Positions 9,640 through 19,640 are shown, counted from the stretch's first letter. The stretch is 64,000 nt of DNA from Clostridia bacterium (GCA_017451505.1 JAFTOF010000002.1:129679-193678), one strand, 5' to 3'. Translations and numbers: made by a program. Notes: generated by a model not told the origin, from the letters alone.

Positions 9640-10876
9640 CCGATGTCTCTCCTTTCATTGAACTGATAGCCTGAAGCATTCCTACTATCATAAAAGTTGA
9701 CACCATACTGCTTCCGCCTGCACTGATAAACGGAAGTGTAATGCCCGTAAGGGGAATTAAGTTAGTAATACCACCCACGATAATAAAGGTCTGAATACCT
9801 ATTGCCACACTAAGCCCCACACTTACCGCTTTATTAAATGGATTTGTTGTAGAAAGTGCTATTTTAAATCCTCTGTAAACAAGAACGAAGTAGAGCATCA
9901 ACACGGCAAATCCGCCCATAAGCCCCAATTCCTCGCAGATAACAACGAAGATTGAATCGGATTCCAGGGCATAAAGGTTTCCCGGAAGTGAGTTCCCTAT
10001 TCCTCTGCCACCAAACCCGCCTGAAGCAACAGCCATAAGAGCCAGAGAAATCTGATAGCCTTCGTTCTCATAAGTTCCCAGCGGGTCACGCCATCCAATG
10101 ACACGCTCCTGCACATGGGAAAAAACCGTCACTGCAAACAGAGCCGCACCAACAACTGCAAGTATATTAAGTACAAGGAAAGGCTTGCTGTCCCCGTATA
10201 CGTACAGGTACACAAGATAAACGACACCAAATACAAGAAGCGTTCCCAGTTCTTTCTGGAGAAGCAGGAACAGAGCACATGTACCTGCTATAAATGCAGA
10301 CACAAAGAGCTTTTTCCATTTTGCGGACTTGGAAAGCTTTTTTTTGCCCTTGCTTTTCGGTTCAAAAAAGACCGACGCCAGACACATTACATATATAATT
10401 CTGATAAATTCAGAGGGTTGCACGCCAAAAAGCCAGTTTTTTGCACCATGGATTCTTGTTCCGAACAAAAGCGTTGCCGTGAAAAGCACCACCGCACCCA
10501 TATAATAAATGAGTGTCAGCTTTTTAAGACGCTTATTCAGCACACGGTAAACCCACAATGCACCGAAAAATGCCGCTACACCTACAATGTACCATATGAG
10601 CTGTTTTTTCCCTGCTTCGCTGTTTAATTGCGAAACCATAATAATTCCCACGGAAGAAAGCATGGAAACAATAATAAAAAGATACGGATCCCCCAATTTT
10701 AATTTTGCAATAATTACATACGCAATAATGCTTACAACGCACATAATGCTTGACAGCACCGCAAGGTCTTGTGATGCCTCATTTTTATTAATAATCAAAA
10801 CCACTATTCCCAAAGCATTTAGGAGAAAAAGCAGTAAAAGAGGTCTTATATCAAGAGTTTTTTTATTCATAATCAT
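9626..10876 (-). CDS. FtsW/RodA/SpoVE-family peptidoglycan glycosyltransferase
   Basis: Polytopic membrane protein with the family's C-terminal PLTGITLPFISAGGSS motif. It overlaps the PBP start. Confidence 0.9.
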   Translation of the reverse strand: MIMNKKTLDIRPLLLLFLLNALGIVVLIINKNEASQDLAVLSSIMCVVSIIAYVIIAKLKLGDPYLFIIVSMLSSVGIIMVSQLNSEAGKKQLIWYIVGVAAFFGALWVYRVLNKRLKKLTLIYYMGAVVLFTATLLFGTRIHGAKNWLFGVQPSEFIRIIYVMCLASVFFEPKSKGKKKLSKSAKWKKLFVSAFIAGTCALFLLLQKELGTLLVFGVVYLVYLYVYGDSKPFLVLNILAVVGAALFAVTVFSHVQERVIGWRDPLGTYENEGYQISLALMAVASGGFGGRGIGNSLPGNLYALESDSIFVVICEELGLMGGFAVLMLYFVLVYRGFKIALSTTNPFNKAVSVGLSVAIGIQTFIIVGGITNLIPLTGITLPFISAGGSSMVSTFMIVGMLQAISSMKGETSDELE

Positions 10877-11343
10877 TTATTCCTTTTAGAATCTGATGTG
10901 CTTTTAGGCAGTACAAAAAGGAAGTTTGACCTGCCCAATGAAATTTTATCGCCGTCGAGAAGCTCAACCGCCATATCACCCAAAGGCTCACCATTTAAGT
11001 ATGTGCCGTTTGTACTGTCTAAGTCCTCAATATAAAACTTTCCGCTGTGCTTGAAAATTCGGCTGTTTTTTGCAGAAAGATAGCTGTCGGCAATACGGAT
11101 GTCACACTTTTTACCTCTGCCGATAATTTCACTGTCCGAAATTTCATAGCTTTCGTCCACATAAAAATCTAAGTTTCGCCTGAGATTTATAAGCTTAAGA
11201 TATGCATCTGCCATATTGCCTGTTTTTTTCTTGTACATAATTCGTATATCCATATAAATCATACGGATGATAACGAAAATAAACAGGTATATTATCAAAA
11301 CAAAGAAGAATGTAAGAACCTTGGATAAAAGTTGTTCAGCCAT
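10873..11343 (-). CDS. FHA domain-containing membrane protein (FhaB-like)
   Basis: N-terminal TM segment and a C-terminal FHA domain (GRGKKCDIRI...SAKNSRI...STNGTYLNGE). Sits upstream of RodA-PBP2, as in the conserved FHA-RodA-PbpA cluster. Confidence 0.85.
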   Translation of the reverse strand: MAEQLLSKVLTFFFVLIIYLFIFVIIRMIYMDIRIMYKKKTGNMADAYLKLINLRRNLDFYVDESYEISDSEIIGRGKKCDIRIADSYLSAKNSRIFKHSGKFYIEDLDSTNGTYLNGEPLGDMAVELLDGDKISLGRSNFLFVLPKSTSDSKRNK

Positions 11344-11348
11344 TTTTT

Positions 11349-12614
11349 CTACCTCTCTGTAATATTTTCAAACCACACGGGCGATTTTGTGTTTTCATCT
11401 ATATGGTCTATTTTTTCATAGGTTTCGGAGGTATAATCCACTCCCTTTTTGGTAAGGGAATCATGACAGCCCTCACGCACCAAATTATATATTACTGCAA
11501 AAATCGGAACACTGCAAACCATGCCCCATATTCCGAAAAGTCCGCTTCCAACAAGGATTGAGAAAAGCACCCAGAAGCTTGAAATACCCGTGGAGCTTCC
11601 GAGGATTTTCGGTCCTAATATGTTTCCGTCAAACTGCTGAAGGAGAATTATAAATATGATAAATCCTATACATTTACCAGGCTCGGCAAAAAGAATCAAA
11701 ATTGCACTGGGGATTGCTCCGATGAAAGGCCCGAAAAACGGGATAACATTAGTCACGCCCACAATAACGCTGATAAGTGCAGGATAGGGCATACCGAAAA
11801 TGGTCACTACAACAAAGCATATAACGCCGATTATCATGGAATCAAAAATTTTACCCGTTATGAAATTTCCGAATTTGTCATGGGTCATTCTGAAAATAGC
11901 GATAACGTTATTTGCTTTACCTATTGGCAGTACACTGTAAAGCACTTTTTTTGACTGTGCGGTAAACTTCTCCTTATCTTTAAGGACATATACCGATACA
12001 ATAACACCGATAAGGACATTTAAAATCGCAGAAACAACATTATACAAACTGCTTGTAATTCCTGCCAGAAAAGTATCTATATTCGGCAAAATTTCGTGCA
12101 GTTTGGACGTAATACTCTCAACATTGGACGAAAAGCCCTCAATTAACTGAAGTAAAAACGCCTGAATTGTAGGGTTTTTCTTTAGAAGGTCCCCTCCCCA
12201 TTCCATAGCGTGGCTTGCATATTCGGGGAGGCTTACAATAAGCGATTCTATACTTTCCGTAATTTCGGGAAGCACCAAAGCCAAAAGGGTGTATATAACC
12301 GCAATGGAAAGTGACCAAGCCAAAGTCAAAGATACCATTCTTGATATATTATGTACACGCCTGTTCTTTTTCTTTGCAATGGCAGTTACCACAGGAAAAA
12401 CAACACCATGCTCAATCCAATTTAAAAGAGGATTAATAAGGTACGCCAAAATAAGACCGTAGGTTATGGGGGCAAGGCTTTGGGTAATTAAGCCGAGCAC
12501 TCCCGAAACTACGCTCCAACGCTGAAGCACCATATAAAATAAGATGCTTGCAATTATTGTAAGAAATGCTGTTATTCCCCAGCAAAGATGTTTTTTCTCC
12601 CAAGGCAGTTTCAT
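11349..12614 (-). CDS. AI-2E family transporter (UPF0118/PerM-type permease)
   Basis: Eight TM helices and the typical AI-2E topology and length (421 aa). Confidence 0.8.
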   Translation of the reverse strand: MKLPWEKKHLCWGITAFLTIIASILFYMVLQRWSVVSGVLGLITQSLAPITYGLILAYLINPLLNWIEHGVVFPVVTAIAKKKNRRVHNISRMVSLTLAWSLSIAVIYTLLALVLPEITESIESLIVSLPEYASHAMEWGGDLLKKNPTIQAFLLQLIEGFSSNVESITSKLHEILPNIDTFLAGITSSLYNVVSAILNVLIGVIVSVYVLKDKEKFTAQSKKVLYSVLPIGKANNVIAIFRMTHDKFGNFITGKIFDSMIIGVICFVVVTIFGMPYPALISVIVGVTNVIPFFGPFIGAIPSAILILFAEPGKCIGFIIFIILLQQFDGNILGPKILGSSTGISSFWVLFSILVGSGLFGIWGMVCSVPIFAVIYNLVREGCHDSLTKKGVDYTSETYEKIDHIDENTKSPVWFENITER

Positions 12615-12807
12615 AGTTTTTCTCCATTTCGTAAATACAGTTCTCCTGTCTACTATAATACACCTATTTTTTTCCTATTACAAGTATGTAAACATAATTG
12701 TAATCTAATTGTTATCTTTTTTAACTTTTTGGGCGGTCAAACTATTGAAATGGACAATTTGATATGTTATAATCATATTTGATATTTTGCGAAAGGAGTG
12801 TATCATT

Positions 12808-13752
12808 ATGGCTAAAGAGCAAAAAGAGCATATCACCTCAATCGGCGGAAGTGCCGTTATGGAGGGTGTAATGATGAAAGGTCCCAAGGAAATTGCAACG
12901 GCAGTCAGAAAAAGCGACGGAGAAATCGTACTTGACAAACGTGCGGTAAGTTCTTTGGTAACAAAATATCATGTTAACAAAATTCCGATTGTAAGAGGTG
13001 TTTTCGCCTTTTTTGATTCTATGATTTCAAGCACCCGTGCACTTATGTGGAGTGCTGAGTTTGTAGATTTGGAGGAGGAAGAATCCGAATCAAAATTTGA
13101 TAAGTGGCTTAGCCGTAAATTCGGAGACAAAATTAAAGATATTGTAATCTACGTTTCACTTGTCATCTCCCTTGTTTTTTCAATAGGGTTGTTTTTCTTC
13201 CTGCCTAATCTGATAACGGGATTTCTATTGGGTGATGCTATAGAAAATAACCTTTTAAAAACATTGATAGAGGGCGTTATACGAATCAGTATATTTTTAG
13301 GTTATGTTATCCTTGTTTCACAAATGGAGGATATAAAAAGAGTTTTCCAGTACCACGGTGCAGAACATAAAACCATTTTCTGCTATGAGGCAGGACTTGA
13401 CCTCACCGTTGAAAATGCAAGGAATATGTCAAGACTGCACCCAAGGTGCGGAACAAGCTTTCTTGTGTTCGTAATGATTATAAGCATTATTCTTTTCTCA
13501 TTCATTTCATGGAGCAATATATGGATAAGGCTGGGGCTGAGGCTCCTTCTCCTCCCTGTTGTGGCAGGGCTTAGCTACGAGGTAATCCGCTGGGCGGGAA
13601 AAAGCAAAAGCAGGGTTGTTTGCGTTATAAGTAAGCCCGGTATGCTGCTTCAGAAAATTACCACCCGTGAACCCGATGACAGTCAGCTTGAGGTTGCAAT
13701 CACCTCCATGAAAGCGGTTCTCACAGATAATAAAGAGGACGACAAATGGTAA
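12808..13752 (+). CDS. DUF1385-domain membrane protein
   Basis: HGAEHKTIFCYEAG signature. AAAGGAG RBS before the ATG at 12808. Lies upstream of prmC, as is common. Confidence 0.8.
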   Translation: MAKEQKEHITSIGGSAVMEGVMMKGPKEIATAVRKSDGEIVLDKRAVSSLVTKYHVNKIPIVRGVFAFFDSMISSTRALMWSAEFVDLEEEESESKFDKWLSRKFGDKIKDIVIYVSLVISLVFSIGLFFFLPNLITGFLLGDAIENNLLKTLIEGVIRISIFLGYVILVSQMEDIKRVFQYHGAEHKTIFCYEAGLDLTVENARNMSRLHPRCGTSFLVFVMIISIILFSFISWSNIWIRLGLRLLLLPVVAGLSYEVIRWAGKSKSRVVCVISKPGMLLQKITTREPDDSQLEVAITSMKAVLTDNKEDDKW

Positions 13753-14555
13753 GAGAGCTTTTAAATAATGCGGCAAAAAAGCTTTCATTCAGTGAAACTC
13801 CTTTGCTCGATGCAAGGATACTTTTAGCCAAGGCTATGAATAAGGAAAATGCCGCACTGATTTTTGAAGAACCCGACGATGTTCAAAAAGATGCCTTTAA
13901 TGCCTATATTGAGCAAAGGGCAAAGGGCGTGCCCTTGGCCTACATTTTAGGTGAAAAGGAATTTATGGGGCTTTCTTTCAAGCTAAATGAGGACACGCTT
14001 ATTCCCCGTCCCGACACGGAATGTCTGGTGGAAAAAGTCATTGAAAAATGTACTTTTCACGCTCCTAATATTCTCGATTTATGCAGCGGAAGCGGATGCA
14101 TAGGAATTTCCCTTGTAAAATTTATTGATAATGCAACATGCGACCTTACCGATATTTCGGAAAACGCCATGAAAGCGGAAAAGGAAAATGCCAAGCTTAA
14201 CCACGTTGAAAACAGGACAAAAATTTTCAGGCTTGATATACTGACGGATGAAATTGAAAAGGGCTACGACATAATAGTATCAAATCCCCCATACATCAGG
14301 AGCAATATTGTCCCCACACTTGAGGTAAGCGAATACGAGCCTTGCCTCGCTCTTGACGGTGGAAGCGACGGTCTTGATTTCTACAGAGTAATTGCCAAAA
14401 AGGCATACAACGCACTTTCTGAGGGCGGTATGCTGGCACTTGAAATAGGGTATGACCAGGGCGAAGATGTGAAAAGCTTACTAAAGGATTTTACATCTGT
14501 AGAGGTTTATAAGGATTATGGACAAAATGACAGAGTAATAATCGCAATAAAATAA
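13746..14555 (+). CDS. prmC: Release-factor glutamine N5-methyltransferase PrmC/HemK
   Basis: VSNPPYI (NPPY) motif and a SAM-binding DLCSGSGCIG motif. Confidence 0.9.
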   Translation: MVRELLNNAAKKLSFSETPLLDARILLAKAMNKENAALIFEEPDDVQKDAFNAYIEQRAKGVPLAYILGEKEFMGLSFKLNEDTLIPRPDTECLVEKVIEKCTFHAPNILDLCSGSGCIGISLVKFIDNATCDLTDISENAMKAEKENAKLNHVENRTKIFRLDILTDEIEKGYDIIVSNPPYIRSNIVPTLEVSEYEPCLALDGGSDGLDFYRVIAKKAYNALSEGGMLALEIGYDQGEDVKSLLKDFTSVEVYKDYGQNDRVIIAIK

Positions 14556-14600
14556 AGGAATTTGCCAAAATTATTGGCAAATTCCTTTATTTTATTTACG
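14554..14600. terminator. Bidirectional terminator hairpin
   Basis: aaaggaatttgccaa aatta ttggcaaattccttt, followed by a T-run. Confidence 0.6.
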
Positions 14601-14813
14601 CAATTCTTTTTCTGCCTCATTAAAAACTTGAGGAACGGTGTATATATCGCTGTAGCTTTCCGCCTCAGCTTCACTTTGAGGAGGTCTGTACATAAGCCCT
14701 GTACACTCTGATGCGGAAGCTACTGCATCCGTATCAATAAGCTTATCATAGAAAGAATCCTTCTCGGGAGAATCGGTTCTTTCAATTATCGGTCTTTCTT
14801 CCATATCAATCAC
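14592..14813 (-). CDS. Hypothetical small acidic protein (73 aa)
   Basis: Open frame directly downstream of the ligase fusion gene, with a weak RBS and no recognisable domain. Confidence 0.3.
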   Translation of the reverse strand: MIDMEERPIIERTDSPEKDSFYDKLIDTDAVASASECTGLMYRPPQSEAEAESYSDIYTVPQVFNEAEKELRK

Positions 14814-14893
14814 CCAAGGTTAGTATGGGCATTTTTTCATTAGTAATACAAAAGAGGTTTAAAAAAGTTAAATCTTTTTTAAACCTCTTTCTG

Positions 14894-17179
14894 TTAGAGC
14901 TGGTTTCTGATGATTTTTCCGCTTGTTGTTTTGGGAAGTGAATCGCGGAATTCTACAATTCTGGGATATTTATAGGGTGCTGTATGCTCTTTTACATACA
15001 TCTGTATTTCTTTCTTAAGCTCTTCGCTGGGGGTGGTATCCTTTGTAAGAACTATGCTTGCCTTAACTACCTGTCCGCGGATTTCATCGGGAGCTGCAGA
15101 CACGCCGCATTCCACAACATAGGGAAGCTCCATAATAACGCTTTCAATCTCAAAGGGTCCTATTCTGTAGCCTGATGATTTAATAACGTCATCAACTCTG
15201 CCCACATAGAAATAGAAGCCGTCCTCATCACGATATGCCACGTCGCCTGTGTGATAAAGACCATCGTGCCAAACTTCTTTGGTTTTTTCTTCGTCCTTGT
15301 AATAGCCCTTAAAGAGTCCGCAAGGCACACGCTCGCTTGTTCGGATAACGATTTCACCGTTTTCACCTACGTCAACGCTGTTTCCATCGGGGTCAACGAT
15401 GTCAACATCATAAAGGGGAACAGGCTTACCCATTGCACCAAGCTTGTACTCTCTGCCGTAGAGATTACCGATAAGACAGGTGGTTTCCGTTTGTCCGAAG
15501 CCCTCCATAATTCTAAGTCCTGTAAGGTTTTTAATCTGCTTATAAACTTCGGGATTAAGTGCTTCACCCGCTGTGTTTGCATGCTGTACAGAGGACATAT
15601 CGTATTTGGAAATATCCTCTTTCATAAGCATTCTGTACATTGTGGGAGGTGCACAGAAGGTTGTAATGCCATATTCGGAGAAAAGCGGAAGAATGTCTGC
15701 CGCATCAAACTTATCAAAGTCGTACACAAAAAGTGCCGCCTCGCAAAGCCACTGACCGTAAATCTTACCCCATGCGGCTTTTGCCCAGCCTGTGTCGGAA
15801 ATGGTAAGATGAAGTCCCTCGGGGTCTACACAATGCCAGTAGTTTGCAGTGTGGAAATGACCAAGCGGATATGTGTATGCGTGAAGTGCCATTTTGGGAT
15901 TTCCTGTTGTACCTGAAGTGAAGTACATAAGCATATCGTCATTTCCGCAGGGAGAGTCTGCTTTTCTTTCATAGGTATCGGGGAAAGCCTTATATTCCTC
16001 GTCGAAATCTCTCCAGCCGTCCTTTTTCCCGCCTACTATAATCTTTTCACGCAGAGTTTTTGCATTCTTTGCTCCGCTTTCTGCACGGTCTGCAATATCG
16101 TCATCCGCAGTGCAAAGGATTGCATCAACGCCTGCGGCATTGTAACGATACTCATAGTCGTGCTCCTGCAAAAGATATGTGGCAGGGATTGCAACTGCAC
16201 CGATTTTATGAAGTGCCAGCATCGCAATCCAGAACTGGTAATGGCGTTTTAACACAAGCATTACCTTACTTCCCTTTTTAATGCCGATTGATTCAAAATA
16301 ATTTGCACATCTTGCAGACTCACGCTTGAAATCCGCAAATGTAAAACGGCGTTCCTCCTTATTCTTTGAAAGATGAAGCATTGCAAGCTTTTCGGGCTTT
16401 TTATCTGCAATGGCATCAATTACATCAAATGCAAAGTTAAACTTTTCCTCATTCTTAAAGGAAATCTTTTCAAGACAACCGTTTTCGTCCTCAACAGTTT
16501 CAATAAAGTTATGATACACTCTCTTATATTCACGGTGAGGCTTGTAATTTGTCTTAACAATGGACTTTTCTTCTTTTACTTCCTGCTTTTGCCCGTTAAG
16601 AACGATTGCGTAAAACTCGCAGTCCTGACCGCCTACCGCAATCATTCCGTGAGGTGCGGAGCTATCGTAATAAATGCTATCGCCTGCGTGGAGAATTTCG
16701 CTGTGACCGCCCACCTGAACCTTAAGCGAGCCGCTGATAACGATATCAACCTCCTGTCCGTCATGGCTGGTAAGCTCCATGTCACCGCGTTCTGCACTTT
16801 CATCATATATGGCATGAACATAAAGCGGTTCTGCTACCCTTCCCTTAAAAGCTGATGCAAGGTTATAGTAAATCATTCCGTGTGCCTGGTCGATTTTCTG
16901 ACCTTCGCCGCATCTTGTGACTGTGAAGGATTTAAGATTGGAACTGACACCCTCGATAATATCTGTAACACCTACTTTAAACGCAAGTGCACATCTGTAG
17001 ATAAAGGCAAAGCTAAGGTCGTGTTTTCCTTCCTCACACGCTACATACTCATCACGTGAAACGCCTGTAAGCTTTGCCATTGTTTCAACGCTTATTCCGT
17101 CTATCTGGCGAAGTTCTTTGATTCTGGCGGCAACCTCACTGATTTTAAAATCAAGACCGGTCATCATTGTTTCTTCCAT
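14894..17179 (-). CDS. Three-domain fusion: XRE-family HTH + cupin (PuuR-like regulator module) joined to an AMP-forming acyl-CoA-synthetase-type adenylating ligase
   Basis: Residues 1-75 form an HTH_XRE domain (ISVETMAKLTGVSRDEYVACEEG). Residues ~120-190 form a cupin (GDMELTSHDGQEVDIVISG...HAGDSIYYDSSAPHG). Residues ~230-761 form an AMP-binding domain (YFTSGTTGNPKMALH, YHTGD, GRVDDVIKSSGYRIGPFEIESV, PKTTSGKIIR). It is a single uninterrupted 761-aa frame with an AGGAGG RBS. Confidence 0.85.
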   Translation of the reverse strand: MEETMMTGLDFKISEVAARIKELRQIDGISVETMAKLTGVSRDEYVACEEGKHDLSFAFIYRCALAFKVGVTDIIEGVSSNLKSFTVTRCGEGQKIDQAHGMIYYNLASAFKGRVAEPLYVHAIYDESAERGDMELTSHDGQEVDIVISGSLKVQVGGHSEILHAGDSIYYDSSAPHGMIAVGGQDCEFYAIVLNGQKQEVKEEKSIVKTNYKPHREYKRVYHNFIETVEDENGCLEKISFKNEEKFNFAFDVIDAIADKKPEKLAMLHLSKNKEERRFTFADFKRESARCANYFESIGIKKGSKVMLVLKRHYQFWIAMLALHKIGAVAIPATYLLQEHDYEYRYNAAGVDAILCTADDDIADRAESGAKNAKTLREKIIVGGKKDGWRDFDEEYKAFPDTYERKADSPCGNDDMLMYFTSGTTGNPKMALHAYTYPLGHFHTANYWHCVDPEGLHLTISDTGWAKAAWGKIYGQWLCEAALFVYDFDKFDAADILPLFSEYGITTFCAPPTMYRMLMKEDISKYDMSSVQHANTAGEALNPEVYKQIKNLTGLRIMEGFGQTETTCLIGNLYGREYKLGAMGKPVPLYDVDIVDPDGNSVDVGENGEIVIRTSERVPCGLFKGYYKDEEKTKEVWHDGLYHTGDVAYRDEDGFYFYVGRVDDVIKSSGYRIGPFEIESVIMELPYVVECGVSAAPDEIRGQVVKASIVLTKDTTPSEELKKEIQMYVKEHTAPYKYPRIVEFRDSLPKTTSGKIIRNQL

Positions 17180-17478
17180 TTTTTATACCTCCTGCTTTGG
17201 AACATAAAAAAACGCCCCAAAGAAAATTCCTTGAGACGAGCATATTACCCGCGGTACCACTCAAATTGCATCGGGCGTTACCCCGCTGCCCCTTCGGACT
17301 CCAACAAGCCCTATGCACTGACGCAGCATTCTCGGAAAGGGTCTAATCACTTCTCAAGCTTTCTTCCTTTCAACTCAGGAGCTACAATAATCCGCTTCCC
17401 TTTAGTGCCTCACACCTGCCGACACCTCTCTTAAAAGATTCACGGTTACACTCTCCATCATCGTTTTTAGATATTAAA
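17180..17478 (-). promoter_or_regulatory. Candidate T-box riboswitch leader with its own promoter, upstream of the HTH-cupin-ligase fusion
   Basis: The minus-sense transcript contains AAUUUGAGUGGUACCGCGGG (plus-strand 17248-17267). That matches the T-box consensus AAUUAGGGUGGNACCGCG at 16 of 18 positions. A 5' GAUGAUGGAGAGUG GA-motif and a downstream AGUGAUUAG fit a stem-I K-turn. GGGGCGUUUUUUU lies directly before the AGGAGG RBS. A TTGACA-17-TATCAT promoter with an extended -10 TG lies at about 17486-17519. Confidence 0.5.
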
Positions 17479-17555
17479 CTATTTGTAATGATAACACACA
17501 ATTTCTTTTTTGTCAACTATTTTATTTCTCATTGTCCTCCATACTTCGATTTTGA

Positions 17556-17585
17556 TTGACAACATTCGCCTTTTATGTTATAAAT
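17556..17585 (+). promoter_or_regulatory. Sigma-A-like promoter for the gene at 17618
   Basis: TTGACA, a 17-nt spacer, then TATAAAT. Confidence 0.4.
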
Positions 17586-17617
17586 AAGGTAGATACTATT
17601 TTTCAGGCAGAAAGGTT

Positions 17618-18676
17618 GTGAAAGCCACGATGAAAAGACTTTGTGCCATATTAATATCAGTATTGCTTATCGTAGTCAGTGCACCTTCGTATGCGTATGA
17701 GGATACCTTTGTAAAATTCCTCGTCAATGGAAATAAGGTTGATTTCCCGTATTCTCCATTCGTGCGTGACGGCATAACATATGTTGATGCAAAAACACTC
17801 TCAAAGGCACTTGGTCTTGAATATAAAACCTTTGACGACCATCACAGCATCACAATCAGCAACAAACGCACATCGGTCTGCTTTGTTCCCGATGAACAGT
17901 TTGCAACCGTTTCCGACATCACCGGGCAAAGCGATAAGGAGTTTTATTTCAAGCTTTTGACTGCTCCCTGTCTTTATGCAAACGGAAGCTATATTGTATC
18001 GGCACGTGATATTTCAAATATTTTTGGTTATTCTTTGGGATTTGATGTCAATGCACAGACCGTATATTTCGGCTTTGCACCCCAGATGATTTCACAGGCA
18101 ACACGTGATGCCGTAGCGGCGAAATCCTATTATTTCCAGAATCAGGCGGAGTTTAATCTGCCCTCAAGCGGAAGCGGCTATTGCTGGGTATGCTCATATG
18201 CAATGGTGCTGTCCAACCTTACGGGTACAAGGATAACACCCAATGACATTGCGGCAATCAATCTTACCAAAACCTCAAGCGGTGCTTATTGCTATCATAG
18301 TGAAATCGCCGCTGCCTACAACATAAAATTTGCTCCTGCACTCTCCCCCTCAAGTCCTTACTATGCAGGCAGGGACAGTGTTTCAGGAGGTACATATATT
18401 CAGAATCCCGATAAATCCGATGCCGTTGTCAGAGAAGCATTAAAGGAAGCCCTCGCACTTCACCCGGAGGGAGTTATGGTACGATACGCAGGATATCCTC
18501 ATACAATGGTTGCCGTGGCGGCAGAAAACGGAATCATTCTTTTTAATGACCCTGCCCCCACCTCATCTAATTACTCCGACACGGGAAGTTATCAGGGCGT
18601 ACCCTTTATCCAGACATGCGTGGCAAAGAAAGGCTTCGTCCTTTCCGACATAACTTTTATACAGGCTATTGACTAA
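17618..18676 (+). CDS. Secreted protein: copper-amine-oxidase-N-terminal-like stalk domain plus a papain-like (C39-like) cysteine peptidase domain
   Basis: Signal peptide. VKFLVNGNKVDFPYSPFVRDGITYVDAKTL matches the Cu_amine_oxidN1-type repeat. The C-terminal domain has a candidate catalytic Cys (GSGYCWVCSYAM) and His/Asp (GYPHTMVAV...LFNDP). Confidence 0.55.
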   Translation: MKATMKRLCAILISVLLIVVSAPSYAYEDTFVKFLVNGNKVDFPYSPFVRDGITYVDAKTLSKALGLEYKTFDDHHSITISNKRTSVCFVPDEQFATVSDITGQSDKEFYFKLLTAPCLYANGSYIVSARDISNIFGYSLGFDVNAQTVYFGFAPQMISQATRDAVAAKSYYFQNQAEFNLPSSGSGYCWVCSYAMVLSNLTGTRITPNDIAAINLTKTSSGAYCYHSEIAAAYNIKFAPALSPSSPYYAGRDSVSGGTYIQNPDKSDAVVREALKEALALHPEGVMVRYAGYPHTMVAVAAENGIILFNDPAPTSSNYSDTGSYQGVPFIQTCVAKKGFVLSDITFIQAID

Positions 18677-18682
18677 ACATAA

Positions 18683-18722
18683 AGAAGGCTTTCGCATTGC
18701 GAAAGCCTTCTTTTGTTATGTT
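18683..18722. terminator. Bidirectional terminator hairpin
   Basis: aaagaaggctttcgc attg cgaaagccttcttt, followed by a T-run. Confidence 0.6.
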
Positions 18723-18724
18723 CT

Positions 18725-19420
18725 TTATCTGTTGTTGATTATCTTTGTAAGCTCTACGGGGTCAACAATCTTTCCGTCCTTATAAACACGCATATTACCG
18801 GAAGCAATTTCATCTATAAGAATAACTTCGTTATTGTTGTAACCAAATTCAAACTTAATATCCCAAAGGTCAAGACCGAGAGTCTTAAGGTCATCTGCTA
18901 CAATCTTTGTGATGGCAAGTGTCTGCTTCTTCATGCTTTCAAACATTTCTTCGTTCATAACGCCAAGTGCTGCAAGACCTTCGCCTGTTACAAGCGGATC
19001 GCCCTTCTCGTCATTCTTAAAGGTACATTCAACATAGCCTCCCTCAAGAGGTGTACCATCTTCTATATATTCTCCGTATCTACGGATAAAGCTACCTGTT
19101 GCAACAAGACGGCAGATAACTTCGAGGCCGTGACCAAATACTGTAGCAGGAAGAACCTCCATAGTTGCTTCGTCGATATTTGCACTTACATAATGGGTCT
19201 TAATGCCTGCCTTTTTAAGCAGCTCGAAATAATAAACAGAGGTCTGGAGATTTGCCTTACCGATACCTTCGATTGTAAGACCTACAGAGTTTTCACCGGG
19301 GTCGAATACGCCGTCCTTACCGGTACAGTCATCCTTAAACTTGAGCATTACATTACCATTGTCAAGCTTATAAACGTCTTTTGTTTTTCCCTGATACAAT
19401 TTTTCCATAATAATTTCCAT
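18725..19420 (-). CDS. purC: Phosphoribosylaminoimidazole-succinocarboxamide synthase (SAICAR synthetase)
   Basis: [21 protein letters not shown] and the IDEATMEV-region motifs. An AGAAAGG RBS precedes the internal ATG (MEIIMEK...), so the real start is at about 19420. Confidence 0.92.
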   Translation of the reverse strand: MEIIMEKLYQGKTKDVYKLDNGNVMLKFKDDCTGKDGVFDPGENSVGLTIEGIGKANLQTSVYYFELLKKAGIKTHYVSANIDEATMEVLPATVFGHGLEVICRLVATGSFIRRYGEYIEDGTPLEGGYVECTFKNDEKGDPLVTGEGLAALGVMNEEMFESMKKQTLAITKIVADDLKTLGLDLWDIKFEFGYNNNEVILIDEIASGNMRVYKDGKIVDPVELTKIINNR

Positions 19421-19640
19421 AGCCTTTCTGCCCACAAATAGTAATTAAATATACGCACTTTTCGTGGGCAGATAAGGCGTATAACGGAAATTACGCACAT
19501 CGCCGTTTCGCATCGTATACGATGCGAAAATTTCGGCGGTGCAATAAAGTCCGCCGGAGGCATAACGTGATTTTCACGTTATACTCCTTCGTTTAACATA
19601 TGTGAACATTTTAACACATATTTTTTTCCATGTACATATT
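19421..19640 (-). promoter_or_regulatory. purC leader and promoter region containing two perfect palindromes and further hairpins
   Basis: Perfect 22-bp palindrome TTCGCATCGTATACGATGCGAA at 19508-19529. Perfect 9-bp inverted repeat ATAACGTGA-ttt-TCACGTTAT at 19562-19582. Hairpin cggcgg...ccgccg. Hairpin tgcccac...gtgggca just before the RBS. Extended -10 TGtTAAAAT at about 19590-19600 on the minus strand. Confidence 0.45.
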
